Source of the DNA: Candidatus Rokuibacteriota bacterium
GTDB lineage: Bacteria > Methylomirabilota > Methylomirabilia > Rokubacteriales > CSP1-6
NCBI GenBank assembly: GCA_023248995.1
Contig: JAHFDN010000013.1
Span: 194 to 64,193 of the forward strand
Length of the DNA: 64,000 bases
Direction of reading: 5' to 3'
Below the pieces are notes generated by a model. That model did not search any database. It saw nothing but the letters and a program-made list of their open reading frames with translations, and was not told the DNA's origin. Below, in pieces: positions 43,966 through 52,847 of this stretch. Positions within the stretch are counted from its first letter, which is position 1; every line of letters starts with the position of its first letter. The translations under genes were made by a program, and so were the position numbers.

Positions 43966-43976
43966 CGCCCCGAGTC

Positions 43977-44345
43977 ATGGATCCGCGCCGGTCCGTCGGC
44001 AGACGCGGCGAGGAGGAGGCGGCGCGATTCCTCGGCAAGCGGGGCTTTGCCATCCTCGACAGGAACGTCCGATCCCGGCTCGGCGAAATTGATCTGGTGG
44101 CGCGCGAGGGCCAGACGCTCGTCTTCGTCGAGGTCAAGACGCGGCGGGAAGAGGATTCGCCGGAGGCCTCGGTGACGCCCCAGAAGCAGCGCCGCCTGGG
44201 GCGCCTGGCGCAACACTACCTCAAGTGGAAGCGCCTCGGGGAGGTCCGATGCCGCTTCGACGTGGTCGCCGTCACGCTGGACGCGCAAGAGCGGGTGAAA
44301 GCCATCCGCCACCTCCCCGGCGCGTTCGACGTGGACCCCTGGTAG
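43977..44345 (+). CDS. yraN: YraN family endonuclease-like protein (UPF0102)
   Basis: GEEEAARFLGKRGFAILDRN...EIDLVA...LVFVEVKTRR core. The rnhB-yraN order is conserved. Confidence 0.85.
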   Translation: MDPRRSVGRRGEEEAARFLGKRGFAILDRNVRSRLGEIDLVAREGQTLVFVEVKTRREEDSPEASVTPQKQRRLGRLAQHYLKWKRLGEVRCRFDVVAVTLDAQERVKAIRHLPGAFDVDPW

Positions 44346-44362
44346 GCCGGCCCCGGCGAGCG

Positions 44363-44746
44363 TCAGCTGCGCGTGATGACGACGATCCGCCCCCGGTCAC
44401 TCAGAAAGGCGGTCAGGAGCCAGCTCACGACGCTCACGATCAAGGCCCCGAAGATCGCCGCCCAGAAGCCGTGGATCTCGAACCCTTTCACGAGCGTCGA
44501 GGTCAGCCAGAGGCACAGGCCGTTCAGGACGAAGAGGAAGAGACCCAAGCTCACGAGCGTCAGCGGGAGAGTCAGGATCAGGAGCACCGGGCGGACGATG
44601 GCGTTGACGACGCCGAGGACGAGGCCGGCCCCGAGCGCCGCGAGGACGCCGCGGATTTCGATCCCCGGCACGATGGCAGCGGCGAAGACGATCGCCAAGG
44701 CGTTGACGAACACCCGGACGACAAAGCCCATGGGCGTACTGTACAC
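44363..44746 (-). CDS. DUF360 / Phage_holin_4_2 family membrane protein
   Basis: 127 aa with four TM helices. Family-like motifs GIEI.G, NAIVRPVL.ILTLPLTLV.LGLFLFVLN. Confidence 0.6.
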   Translation of the reverse strand: MYSTPMGFVVRVFVNALAIVFAAAIVPGIEIRGVLAALGAGLVLGVVNAIVRPVLLILTLPLTLVSLGLFLFVLNGLCLWLTSTLVKGFEIHGFWAAIFGALIVSVVSWLLTAFLSDRGRIVVITRS

Positions 44747-44783
44747 CCTTGACGCCCCCTCCTGCCCGTCATAGGTTTATCAC

Positions 44784-46106
44784 ATGCCCGACAGCCCCTG
44801 GCAGATCACGCCCGTCCCCACGCCGGAGCCGAGCCAGGCTGACGAGCACACGCACAACCCGCTCGTCCGCTACTTCAAGCTCCTGGGTCCGGGGCTGGTG
44901 ACCGGGGCATCGGACGACGACCCCGGCGGGATCGCCACCTATTCCGTCGCCGGCGCCTCGCTCGGCTACGGGCTTCTGTGGACGGCGCTCGCCACCTTCC
45001 CGCTGATGGCCGCCGTCCAACTGATCTGCGCCCGGATCGGCCTGGTTTCCGGGCGAGGGCTGGCCGGCGCCATCCGACGCCACTACCCGCGCTCCTTCCT
45101 CTACGCGGCCTGCCTCTTGCTGCTCGCCGCGAACGTCTTCAACATCAGCGCCGACCTGAGCGGCATGGCCGAGTCGGCCGAACTTCTGACGGGGATCCCG
45201 TCTCCCTTCTTCGTCCCGGCGTTCGGGCTCCTGATCCTCGCGGTCACGACCTACACGAGCTACGCCACGTTTGCCAGGTACCTCAAATGGCTGACCGCAG
45301 TCCTGTTGGCGTACGTGATCGCCGCCTTCCTGGCGGGTCCCGAGTGGAAGCGCGTGGCCTTCGCCAGCGTCGTTCCGACGCTCAGCTGGGACGCCACCTA
45401 CGTCGTCACCCTCGTCGGGATCCTCGGGACGACGATCTCGCCGTACCTCTTCTTCTGGCAGGCCTCCCAGGAGGTCGAGGAGGAAAAGGCGCACGGGCGC
45501 CGAACGCTCGCCCAGCGGCGCGGCGCCACCGAGCACGAGCTCCGCGACGCGTGGCTGGACGTCAACACCGGCATGTTCTTCTCCAACCTCGTCATGTACT
45601 TCATCATCCTCGCCACCGCGTCCACGCTCTACCGCGCAGGGCAGCGCGACATCCAGACGGCTCGCGAGGCGGCCGAAGCGCTGCGGCCGCTCGCGGGTGA
45701 TGCGGCATACCTCCTGTTCGCGCTCGGCCTCATCGGGACGGGGCTGCTGGCGATCCCCGTCCTCGCGGGCTCGGCTTCCTTCGCCGTGGCCGAGCTCTTC
45801 GGCTGGCGGGCGGGGCTCGATCTCTCCCCCCGCCGCGGCCGCCGCTTCTACCTGGTCATCGCCGGGGCCATCGTGGCCGGCATGATCCTGGACCTCTTCG
45901 TGACCAACCCGATCCGGATGCTTTTCTGGTCCGCCGTCCTGAACGGCATCCTCGCCCCGCCGCTCCTGCTGCTGGTCATGCTCGTGGGGAATAACCGGCG
46001 GATCATGGGAGAACACGCGAACGGCTTCTGGCTGAACGTCTTCGGCTGGACGGCGACCGCGCTGATGACGGCGGCGGCCGTTCTCTTCTTCGTGACCTCA
46101 CTCTGA
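44784..46106 (+). CDS. mntH: Nramp family divalent metal cation transporter
   Basis: DDDPGGIATYSVAGA metal-binding motif (DPGN-like) and 11-12 TM helices. Confidence 0.88.
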   Translation: MPDSPWQITPVPTPEPSQADEHTHNPLVRYFKLLGPGLVTGASDDDPGGIATYSVAGASLGYGLLWTALATFPLMAAVQLICARIGLVSGRGLAGAIRRHYPRSFLYAACLLLLAANVFNISADLSGMAESAELLTGIPSPFFVPAFGLLILAVTTYTSYATFARYLKWLTAVLLAYVIAAFLAGPEWKRVAFASVVPTLSWDATYVVTLVGILGTTISPYLFFWQASQEVEEEKAHGRRTLAQRRGATEHELRDAWLDVNTGMFFSNLVMYFIILATASTLYRAGQRDIQTAREAAEALRPLAGDAAYLLFALGLIGTGLLAIPVLAGSASFAVAELFGWRAGLDLSPRRGRRFYLVIAGAIVAGMILDLFVTNPIRMLFWSAVLNGILAPPLLLLVMLVGNNRRIMGEHANGFWLNVFGWTATALMTAAAVLFFVTSL

Positions 46107-46123
46107 CAAGGAGGAAACCCCCC

Positions 46124-47476
46124 GTGGAGCCTCTTCATACGCTGACCGCCACCGAGATCTCGACCAGGATCCGAGCCGGGCAGCTTTCTCCGATCGCCCT
46201 GACGGAGGCGCTCCTCGCCCGGCTCGACGCCCTCGATCCCGAAGTGAAGGCGTGGGTCTCCGTGGACCGGACCGGTGCCTTGGAGGCCGCGCGGCAGCGG
46301 GCGGCGGAAGCGGCGGCCGGCCAGCTCGCCGGCCCCCTCCACGGCGTCCCCGTGGGGATCAAGGACATCTTTCACGTGGCCGGAATGCTCACCACGGCCG
46401 GGGCCGGCGTGTTCGCGCACGAGCGGCCGTCGGAGGACGCCACGAGCGTGGCGCGCCTCCGCCGGGCCGGCGCGATCATACTGGGCAAGACCAAGACCAC
46501 CGAGTTCGCCTTCCTGGATCCCGCCGACACGTGCAATCCCTGGAACCCGGCGCACACCCCCGGCGGCTCGTCGAGCGGCTCGGCGGCGGCTGTCGCGGCG
46601 CGCATGATCCCGCTCGCCCTCGGGTCGCAGACCGTCGGCTCCACGCTCCGGCCGGCCGCCTACTGCGGCGTGGTCGGCCTCAAGCCGACCCACGGACGGA
46701 TCAGTTGCCGCGGCGTCATCCCGCTCGCCTGGAGCCTCGACCACGTGGGGATCTTCTGCCGGAGCGTGGCCGACGCGGCCCTGGTCCTCGGAGTCCTCGC
46801 CGGCCACGACCCCGGCGACCCGCTCTCGGCGAGGGAGCCCGCGGCCGACTACGTGGGCGCGCTCTCGAAGGCCGAGCGGCCACCTCGCGTGGGGCTCGCG
46901 CGCCAGTTCTTGCTCGAGCGGGCAAGCGCGGAGATCGCGGCGCACCTGGAAGCCACTGCCCAGAGCCTGGGCCGGGCGGGGGCCAGCGTGGAAGAGATCA
47001 AGCTCCCACCGAGCTTTTCGGGGATCCACGAGGCCGGGACGCGGGTGATGCAGGTCGAGGCCGCCGCCTTCCACGCCGAGCGCTTCTCGGTCCACGCGGC
47101 CCGCTACCGACCGAAGATTCGCGCCCTCATCGAGGGCGCGCTCAGGCTGAGCGCGGTCGAGTACGCGGCGGCCCAGCAGCACCGGTGGCGGTTCCGCGCC
47201 GAGATGGGGCCGGTGTTCGAGCACGTTGACGCGCTGCTCATGCCGGTCGCCGGAACGCCGGCTCCCCGGGGGCTTGATTCGACCGGCGACCCGTGGTTCT
47301 GCGCGCCTTGGAGCTTCGCGGGGCTGCCGGCGATTTCGCTCCCGTCCGGACTGGCCCAGGACGGCCTCCCGCTGGCCATCCAGTTGGTGTCGGGCGCCTT
47401 TGACGAAGCGCGACTCCTGGCTGTGGCGCGGTGGTGCGAGGCCCCCCTCGCCTTCTCCGCCGCGCCCCCCGACTGA
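46124..47476 (+). CDS. Amidase (amidase-signature family)
   Basis: AS signature GGSSSGSAAAV with Ser-cisSer-Lys triad context (GKTKTTEFA ... GGSSSG). Confidence 0.85.
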   Translation: MEPLHTLTATEISTRIRAGQLSPIALTEALLARLDALDPEVKAWVSVDRTGALEAARQRAAEAAAGQLAGPLHGVPVGIKDIFHVAGMLTTAGAGVFAHERPSEDATSVARLRRAGAIILGKTKTTEFAFLDPADTCNPWNPAHTPGGSSSGSAAAVAARMIPLALGSQTVGSTLRPAAYCGVVGLKPTHGRISCRGVIPLAWSLDHVGIFCRSVADAALVLGVLAGHDPGDPLSAREPAADYVGALSKAERPPRVGLARQFLLERASAEIAAHLEATAQSLGRAGASVEEIKLPPSFSGIHEAGTRVMQVEAAAFHAERFSVHAARYRPKIRALIEGALRLSAVEYAAAQQHRWRFRAEMGPVFEHVDALLMPVAGTPAPRGLDSTGDPWFCAPWSFAGLPAISLPSGLAQDGLPLAIQLVSGAFDEARLLAVARWCEAPLAFSAAPPD

Positions 47477-47493
47477 CCGCGCCACTCCAGCAA

Positions 47494-47606
47494 GGGCCTG
47501 CGGGAGGCGGCGGGCAGGGAGCCCCGCGGCGCGGAGCGCACCGCGAGAAATCGCAGGAGTTCGGCCAAGAACCCACCAGGCTCGCGTAAGTCCGGGCCTG
47601 CGGGAG
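47494..47606 (+). repeat. Two exact copies of GGGCCTGCGGGAG spaced 100 nt apart in the convergent amidase/livF intergenic region
   Basis: Copies at 47494-47506 and 47594-47606. Confidence 0.5.
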
Positions 47607-47662
47607 CGAGCACCGTGGGGCTGCCCGACGACAGGACCCGCGGGCCCGAAGCAGGGTGGTCG

Positions 47663-48361
47663 TTAGCCGCCGACGCCGAGGTACGTCGTGGTCACCTGCT
47701 GGTTCGCGCGAAGCAGGGCGGGTGTCCCTTCGAAGACGATGGTCCCGTGGTCGATGACATAGACCCGATCGGCCAGCTGAAGCGCCATCTCCGCGTTCTG
47801 CTCGACCAGCAGCATGCTGACGTGTTCCCGCTTCAACTCCCGGATCGTCCCGATCACGGCCTCCACCACCAGGGGGGCAAGCCCCTGGGAGGGCTCATCG
47901 AGGAGGAGCAGGTCAGGTCCGGTGAGCAGGGCCCGGGCGATCGCCAGCATCTGCTGCTCCCCCCCGGAAAGCAACCGGCCTTTGCGGTCCAGCACTTCGC
48001 CCAGCTGAGGAAAACGCTGGAGCACATTCTCCACCTGCCAGCGGGAGCGGGGCCGGCGCGCAATCGAGAGGTTTTCGCGCGCGGTCAGGTACGAAAAAAT
48101 GCCCCGCGTTTCAGGCACGAGAGCGATCCCCATCTGGGAGATCCGGTGCGGGCCGAGATCGGCGATGGTGCGCCCCTTGTAGAGGATCTCCCCCGTGCGG
48201 GGCGGCGTCAGCCCTGTGATGGAGCGGAGCGTCGTGGTCTTGCCGGCGCCATTCCGGCCCAGGAGCGCCACCACCTCGCCTTCCCCCACCGTGAGCGAGA
48301 GGCCATGGAGGATGTGGCCCAGCCCATAGTAGGTGTTGATCTCGCGAACGTCGAGGATCAT
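47663..48361 (-). CDS. livF: Branched-chain amino acid ABC transporter ATP-binding protein LivF
   Basis: Walker A GRNGAGKTT, signature LSGGEQQML, Walker B LLLLDEPS. Confidence 0.9.
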   Translation of the reverse strand: MILDVREINTYYGLGHILHGLSLTVGEGEVVALLGRNGAGKTTTLRSITGLTPPRTGEILYKGRTIADLGPHRISQMGIALVPETRGIFSYLTARENLSIARRPRSRWQVENVLQRFPQLGEVLDRKGRLLSGGEQQMLAIARALLTGPDLLLLDEPSQGLAPLVVEAVIGTIRELKREHVSMLLVEQNAEMALQLADRVYVIDHGTIVFEGTPALLRANQQVTTTYLGVGG

Positions 48362-49110
48362 TCCACCACCACGCCGCCCAGGTAGGCGCGCTGCACGTCG
48401 GCGTTCCGCTGAATCTCCGCCGGAGTCCCCTCGGCGATGAGGCTCCCGAAGTGCATCACGGACACGCGATCCGAAACACCCATGATGATATCCATCTTGT
48501 GCTCGATGAGCACGATCGTGTAGCGCCCCTTGAGCCCGCGCACCAGAGCCACCATGCGCTGGGTCTCGTCGGGCGAGAGGCCGGCGGCCGGCTCGTCCAG
48601 CAGCAGCAGTCTGGGCGCGGCGGCGAGCGCGATGGCGAGCTCGAGCTGTCGCTGCTCTCCGTGAGAGATTTCGCGAGCCAGCTGGTTCGCCCTGTCCTGG
48701 AGCCCGACGTCACGCAGGGCGGCCAGAGCACGCTCGGTGACTTCCGGGTAGCGATCGGCCCGCCGCCAGGCGAACCCCCGCCAGGAGCCCCGGCGGGCGA
48801 AGGCGGCGATCCAGACGTTGTCCAGGAGCGACAGCGCGGGAAAAACGTTCGTGCGCTGGAAGGACCGCGCAATGCCCAGGTGGGCGACCCGGTGGGATGG
48901 CGTGCCGGTGATGTCACGCCCATCGAAGACAATCCGGCCCGACGTCGGGGTCAGCTGTCCCGTGAAGAGGTTGAAGAGCGTCGTCTTGCCGGCTCCGTTA
49001 GGGCCGATGATCGAATGGAGTGACCCGGCCTCAACCTCCAGGGACACCCCGTTGACCGCCGTCAGGGCGCCGAAGGCCTTCGTGACGTTCTCGGTCCTGA
49101 GAAGCGCCAT
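48358..49110 (-). CDS. livG: Branched-chain amino acid ABC transporter ATP-binding protein LivG
   Basis: Walker A GPNGAGKTT, signature ISHGEQRQLE, Walker B LLLLDEPAAG. Start at ATG 49110 (MALLRTENV). The longer track ORF adds an Arg-rich non-protein-like extension. Confidence 0.88.
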   Translation of the reverse strand: MALLRTENVTKAFGALTAVNGVSLEVEAGSLHSIIGPNGAGKTTLFNLFTGQLTPTSGRIVFDGRDITGTPSHRVAHLGIARSFQRTNVFPALSLLDNVWIAAFARRGSWRGFAWRRADRYPEVTERALAALRDVGLQDRANQLAREISHGEQRQLELAIALAAAPRLLLLDEPAAGLSPDETQRMVALVRGLKGRYTIVLIEHKMDIIMGVSDRVSVMHFGSLIAEGTPAEIQRNADVQRAYLGGVVVE

Positions 49111-49112
49111 CG

Positions 49113-50054
49113 CTAGCTCGCCAGCCTCGTCGCCATCCGGCGCCTCTCCCGCCAGGACCAGAAACGCGCCCAGGCCTCCACGCAGCCGCCACGGAAGAAG
49201 ATGACCACGATCACGAAGGCGACCCCGAGAAGCAGGGGCCAGCGCGCCCACACGACGCTGACGGACTCGGAGAGCCAGATGAAGACGAAGGAACCGACGA
49301 TGGGTCCGTAGAGCGAGCCGCTTCCACCGATGAGGGTGGCGAACACCACATTGCCCGAGAAGACGAACCCGATGGCTTCCAGGGGGACGATGCCGAAGAG
49401 CATGGCGTACAGCACCCCGGCCAACCCGGAGAAAGCGCCGCCGATGACGAAGGCCAGGAGCTTCAAACGGGCGCCGTCGTAGCCAACCGCTTGGGCGCGC
49501 ACCTCGTTTTCCCGGATGGCCTGGAGGATCTTGCCCAGGGGCGATTCGACAATCCGCTTCATCACCCACAGCGAGACCAGGAAGAGGAGGGCGACGAAGA
49601 TGTAGTAGGCGAGCGGCTGGCGGAAGTCCACACCAAGCAACACCGGCCGACCGATCCCCGGCATCCCGTCCTCGCCGCCCGTCACGGTGGTCCACTGGTA
49701 GGCGATGAAGTAGAACATCTGGTTCAGCGCGAAGGTCAGCATGATGAAGTAGAGGCCGGAGCGCTGAACGCACAGATAGCCCACCAGCGCCGCCGACACG
49801 GCCCCCACCAAGACGCCGATGCCCAGCGCGGCGAAGACGTTGATCCCGTAGTGCTTGAGAAGGTAGCCACTCACGTAGCCGGCCGAGCCGAAAAACGTGG
49901 ACTGGCCGAACGACAGGAGGCCCGTGTAGCCGAGGAGGAGGTTCAGCCCCAGCCCGAAGATCGCGAAGATCCAGATCTCGCTTGCGATGGCGTGGCGGAC
50001 AGCGAGGGGGAGGAGGATAACCGCGGCGAAAACCGCCAGCCAGGCCCGGCTCAT
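49113..50054 (-). CDS. livM: Branched-chain amino acid ABC transporter permease LivM
   Basis: Multi-TM LivM-type permease. Start at ATG 50054 (MSRAWLAV), preceded by GAGGGGAG SD. Confidence 0.85.
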   Translation of the reverse strand: MSRAWLAVFAAVILLPLAVRHAIASEIWIFAIFGLGLNLLLGYTGLLSFGQSTFFGSAGYVSGYLLKHYGINVFAALGIGVLVGAVSAALVGYLCVQRSGLYFIMLTFALNQMFYFIAYQWTTVTGGEDGMPGIGRPVLLGVDFRQPLAYYIFVALLFLVSLWVMKRIVESPLGKILQAIRENEVRAQAVGYDGARLKLLAFVIGGAFSGLAGVLYAMLFGIVPLEAIGFVFSGNVVFATLIGGSGSLYGPIVGSFVFIWLSESVSVVWARWPLLLGVAFVIVVIFFRGGCVEAWARFWSWRERRRMATRLAS

Positions 50055-50214
50055 CTCCCCTCGGATGGGGGCCACCCAGGCGCCCCCACGCCTCCGGCGT
50101 GGAAGCCCGGGTACCCGCCCCTTCCGAACCTCCCCCCGATGGATTGCGCCGGCCCAGCCGGCGCTCGAACGATCGCGCGGCTGAGCCGCCACGTGCAGGC
50201 GGGCATCCGCCGGC

Positions 50215-51072
50215 TCACCGGATTCCGAAGAGCCCCTGGGGGCGGACGAGGAGGACGGCGGCCATCACCGCGAAGATGACCGCCACCGAGGCCTCGGTCC
50301 AGTAGAACGCCACGATGCTCTGGGCCACCCCGATCAGCAGGCCGGCGGCGATGGCGCCCAGGAGGTTCCCGAGGCCCCCCAGCGCGACGACGACGAACGC
50401 GATCCCGAGCATGTCCACACCCATGCCGGGGGACAACCCACGGATGGGCGCGGTGAGGGCGCCGGCGATCCCGGCCAAATACGCGCCGAGGGCGAAGGCC
50501 GCGGTGAACAGCCGGTGGATATCGATCCCGAGAAGCGAGACCATTTCCTTATCTTCAATGCCGGCGCGCATGATCGCCCCGTACCGGGTCTTTTCGAGGA
50601 AGAGCCAGGTGGCGAGCACAAGAAGCCCGGCCATCACCATGACGAAGAGGCGGTACTTGGGATAGAAGATGAAGCCCAGGTCGAGCCCGCCCCGGAGAAT
50701 CGGCGGCGGGAGCTGGCTGAAGCCGATCGGGCCCCACACGACGATGATCCCCTCGCTCAGGATCAGCGACAGGCCGAACGTGAAGAGCAGCTGGTAGTCG
50801 TGGCCCGCCCGGTAGAGCGGGCGGATGCCCGCGTATTCGATGGCGAGCCCCAGGACCGCCACGCCGACGGGGGCGAGGACGAGCGCGAGCCAGAAGTTCC
50901 CGACCACGTGGAGCGTGCTAGCCAGAAAATAGGCGCCCACGGCGAAGAGCGCGCCGTGGGCGAAGTTGGGGATGTTCAGGATCCCCGTGATCAGCGACAG
51001 GCCGAGCCCCATCAGGGCATAGAGCATGCCCGTCGCGATCCCGTTGAGAACCTGGCCGAGGAGCTGGCTCAG
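50215..51072 (-). CDS. livH: Branched-chain amino acid ABC transporter permease LivH (probable CUG start)
   Basis: The conserved N-terminus LLSQLLGQVLNGIATG aligns with E. coli LivH FLYFLQQMFNGVTLGS. It is encoded upstream of the first ATG (51027) and bounded by an in-frame stop at 51076-51078. INFAHG motif present. Confidence 0.8.
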   Translation of the reverse strand: MSQLLGQVLNGIATGMLYALMGLGLSLITGILNIPNFAHGALFAVGAYFLASTLHVVGNFWLALVLAPVGVAVLGLAIEYAGIRPLYRAGHDYQLLFTFGLSLILSEGIIVVWGPIGFSQLPPPILRGGLDLGFIFYPKYRLFVMVMAGLLVLATWLFLEKTRYGAIMRAGIEDKEMVSLLGIDIHRLFTAAFALGAYLAGIAGALTAPIRGLSPGMGVDMLGIAFVVVALGGLGNLLGAIAAGLLIGVAQSIVAFYWTEASVAVIFAVMAAVLLVRPQGLFGIR

Positions 51073-52298
51073 AAGCTACCGATGTCCTTGCACGCAGCGT
51101 AGGCGGCCGGCAGCGGCGTGTCGCCCGTGGCGATGATGTCCGCGAAGTCCATCGGGTTCTTCATCGCGGCCTTCGGCTTGCAGCGCATGAAGAAGAACGG
51201 GCGGAGCGTCTGATGGGTCTTCGCGTCTACCCGCATCCGCCCCACGAGGTCGTTGACCTCGATCCCCTCCAAAGCCTTGATGACGTCGGGCACCTCCGTG
51301 GATTTGGCCCTGTCGAAGCCGTGGAGCAGCATGCGCGTCATGCCGTAGGCGGCCGCCGGCGCGTAGCCCGGGGGATTGCCGAACTTAGCCTGGTAGTCCC
51401 TCGCGAATTCGCGGGCCACCGACGTCTCCGCCGTGTAGTAGAAATTGGAGCCGACCCAGATGTTCTCGCGGTTTTCCGGCGACAGCTGGACCAGCTCCTC
51501 CACCCCCGAGGACCACGCCATGATGAGCGGGATCTTGGGCGTGAGGCCGAAGTTGAAGATCTCTCGGGCGGCCGTGACGGCGTCCAGGCCGAAGTTGACC
51601 ATGGCCACCACGTCCGGCTTGTTGCCCGCCGCCTTCGTGACGTAGTTGGAAAACTCACGCTCACCGAGCGGGTGGCGGTCGGCGCCGACGAACTCGATCC
51701 CGTGGGTCTTGCCGACCTCCTTGATGTACTTCTCCACCGACCAGCCGAAGGCGTAGTCGGCGACGAGCAGGTGCCAGCGCTTGGCCTTGGGGTTGGCCTT
51801 CATGAAGGTGTCCACGTCGGTCTTGGCGGCCGTGTAGGGGCTCGCCGCCCACTGGAAGGAGTAGCGGTGGCAACGCGCGCCGGAGATGTCCTCGGTGCCG
51901 CCACTGAAGTAGTGCAGCACCTTCTTCCGCTTGGCGACCTCGGAGACGGCCAGGGCGACGCCGGACGACCAGGGGCCGATGACGAACTTCGCCCCCTCGC
52001 CATCCACCGCCTCCTCGACCCGCCGGGTAGACGCGCCAGCCTGGGTCGCGGAGTCGCGCGTGACGTACTTGATCGGCTTGCCCAGGATCTTCATCCCGCG
52101 CTCCTCGAGGGCCATTTTCATGCCGCGGTCGAGGATGGGCCCCACGTCGGCGAAGGCCCCGGTGAACGGCCAGATCCCGAGCATGACGACCTCCTTGGCC
52201 TGGCCCCGGACCACCGCCGGGAACCCGAGGCCCCCCGTGGTCCCGACGGCGCCGACGGCGCCCAGCTTCAAGACGTCCCTGCGAGTCAGTTCGCGCAT
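51069..52298 (-). CDS. livK: ABC transporter substrate-binding protein, LivK/type I PBP family, Tat signal
   Basis: RRDVLKLGAVGAVG twin-arginine signal peptide. Periplasmic binding fold of ~380 aa. First gene of the liv operon. Confidence 0.85.
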   Translation of the reverse strand: MRELTRRDVLKLGAVGAVGTTGGLGFPAVVRGQAKEVVMLGIWPFTGAFADVGPILDRGMKMALEERGMKILGKPIKYVTRDSATQAGASTRRVEEAVDGEGAKFVIGPWSSGVALAVSEVAKRKKVLHYFSGGTEDISGARCHRYSFQWAASPYTAAKTDVDTFMKANPKAKRWHLLVADYAFGWSVEKYIKEVGKTHGIEFVGADRHPLGEREFSNYVTKAAGNKPDVVAMVNFGLDAVTAAREIFNFGLTPKIPLIMAWSSGVEELVQLSPENRENIWVGSNFYYTAETSVAREFARDYQAKFGNPPGYAPAAAYGMTRMLLHGFDRAKSTEVPDVIKALEGIEVNDLVGRMRVDAKTHQTLRPFFFMRCKPKAAMKNPMDFADIIATGDTPLPAAYAACKDIGSF

Positions 52299-52435
52299 GG
52301 TGGACCCTCCCCCAGACGATACGAGGTTTTCTCCCCGGACGACGCCAGCAAGCCGGAAGCCTACTATGTGTTCGGGAAAAGCGCAACGGGCCCCGACGGG
52401 TCCGCGGGCGGCGGGGGACGGCCGAAAAATAAGGC

Positions 52436-52467
52436 TTGCAACATCAATTGAATTAGGGTAGCCTAAT
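52436..52467 (+). promoter_or_regulatory. AT-rich promoter/operator candidate upstream of the cupredoxin-FTR1 pair: TTGCAA then palindrome ATTAGG-gtag-CCTAAT
   Basis: TTGCAA at 52436-52441. CAATTG at 52445-52450. Palindrome 52452-52467. SD GGGAG at 52483-52487. ATG at 52497. Confidence 0.3.
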
Positions 52468-52496
52468 GTTCCGGTCCAACCACGGGAGATGCCGAG

Positions 52497-52844
52497 ATGA
52501 GACGACTCATGGCGGTTCTGGTCAGCCTGGGGGTGGCGGCCCTGATGGCCCTCCTAGGGGTCGCGCGCGCCGCCGACACGCCTCGGGAGGTCCCCCTCAC
52601 CATCGAGGGGAACCGCTTCATGCCGGAGGAGATCGCAGTCAAAGCCGGCGCCCCGTTCGTCCTGATCATCACGAACAAAGACCGCGGTCCCGAAGAGTTC
52701 GAGAGCCGCGACCTCAAGATCGAGAAGGTGATTCCGGCCGGAAAGACCGTCCGGTTGAAGATTCCCTCCCTGAAGCCGGGGACGTACGGCTTCGTCGGGG
52801 AATACCACGAGAAGACGGCGAAGGGCCGCATCGTCGCGGAGTAG
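52497..52844 (+). CDS. Cupredoxin-like periplasmic protein (FtrB-like) with signal peptide
   Basis: Signal peptide. Beta-sandwich-like pattern IAVKAGAPFVLIITNKD...PGTYGFVGEYH. Contains no Cys. Sits immediately upstream of an FTR1 permease. Confidence 0.6.
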   Translation: MRRLMAVLVSLGVAALMALLGVARAADTPREVPLTIEGNRFMPEEIAVKAGAPFVLIITNKDRGPEEFESRDLKIEKVIPAGKTVRLKIPSLKPGTYGFVGEYHEKTAKGRIVAE

Positions 52845-52847
52845 CGC

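Noticed and set aside
50055-50214. 160-nt gap between livH stop and livM start as a possible extra small gene
   Set aside because: The only ORF there is the Arg-rich 5' extension of the livM frame, with no SD and non-protein-like composition. ATG 50054 has a good SD.
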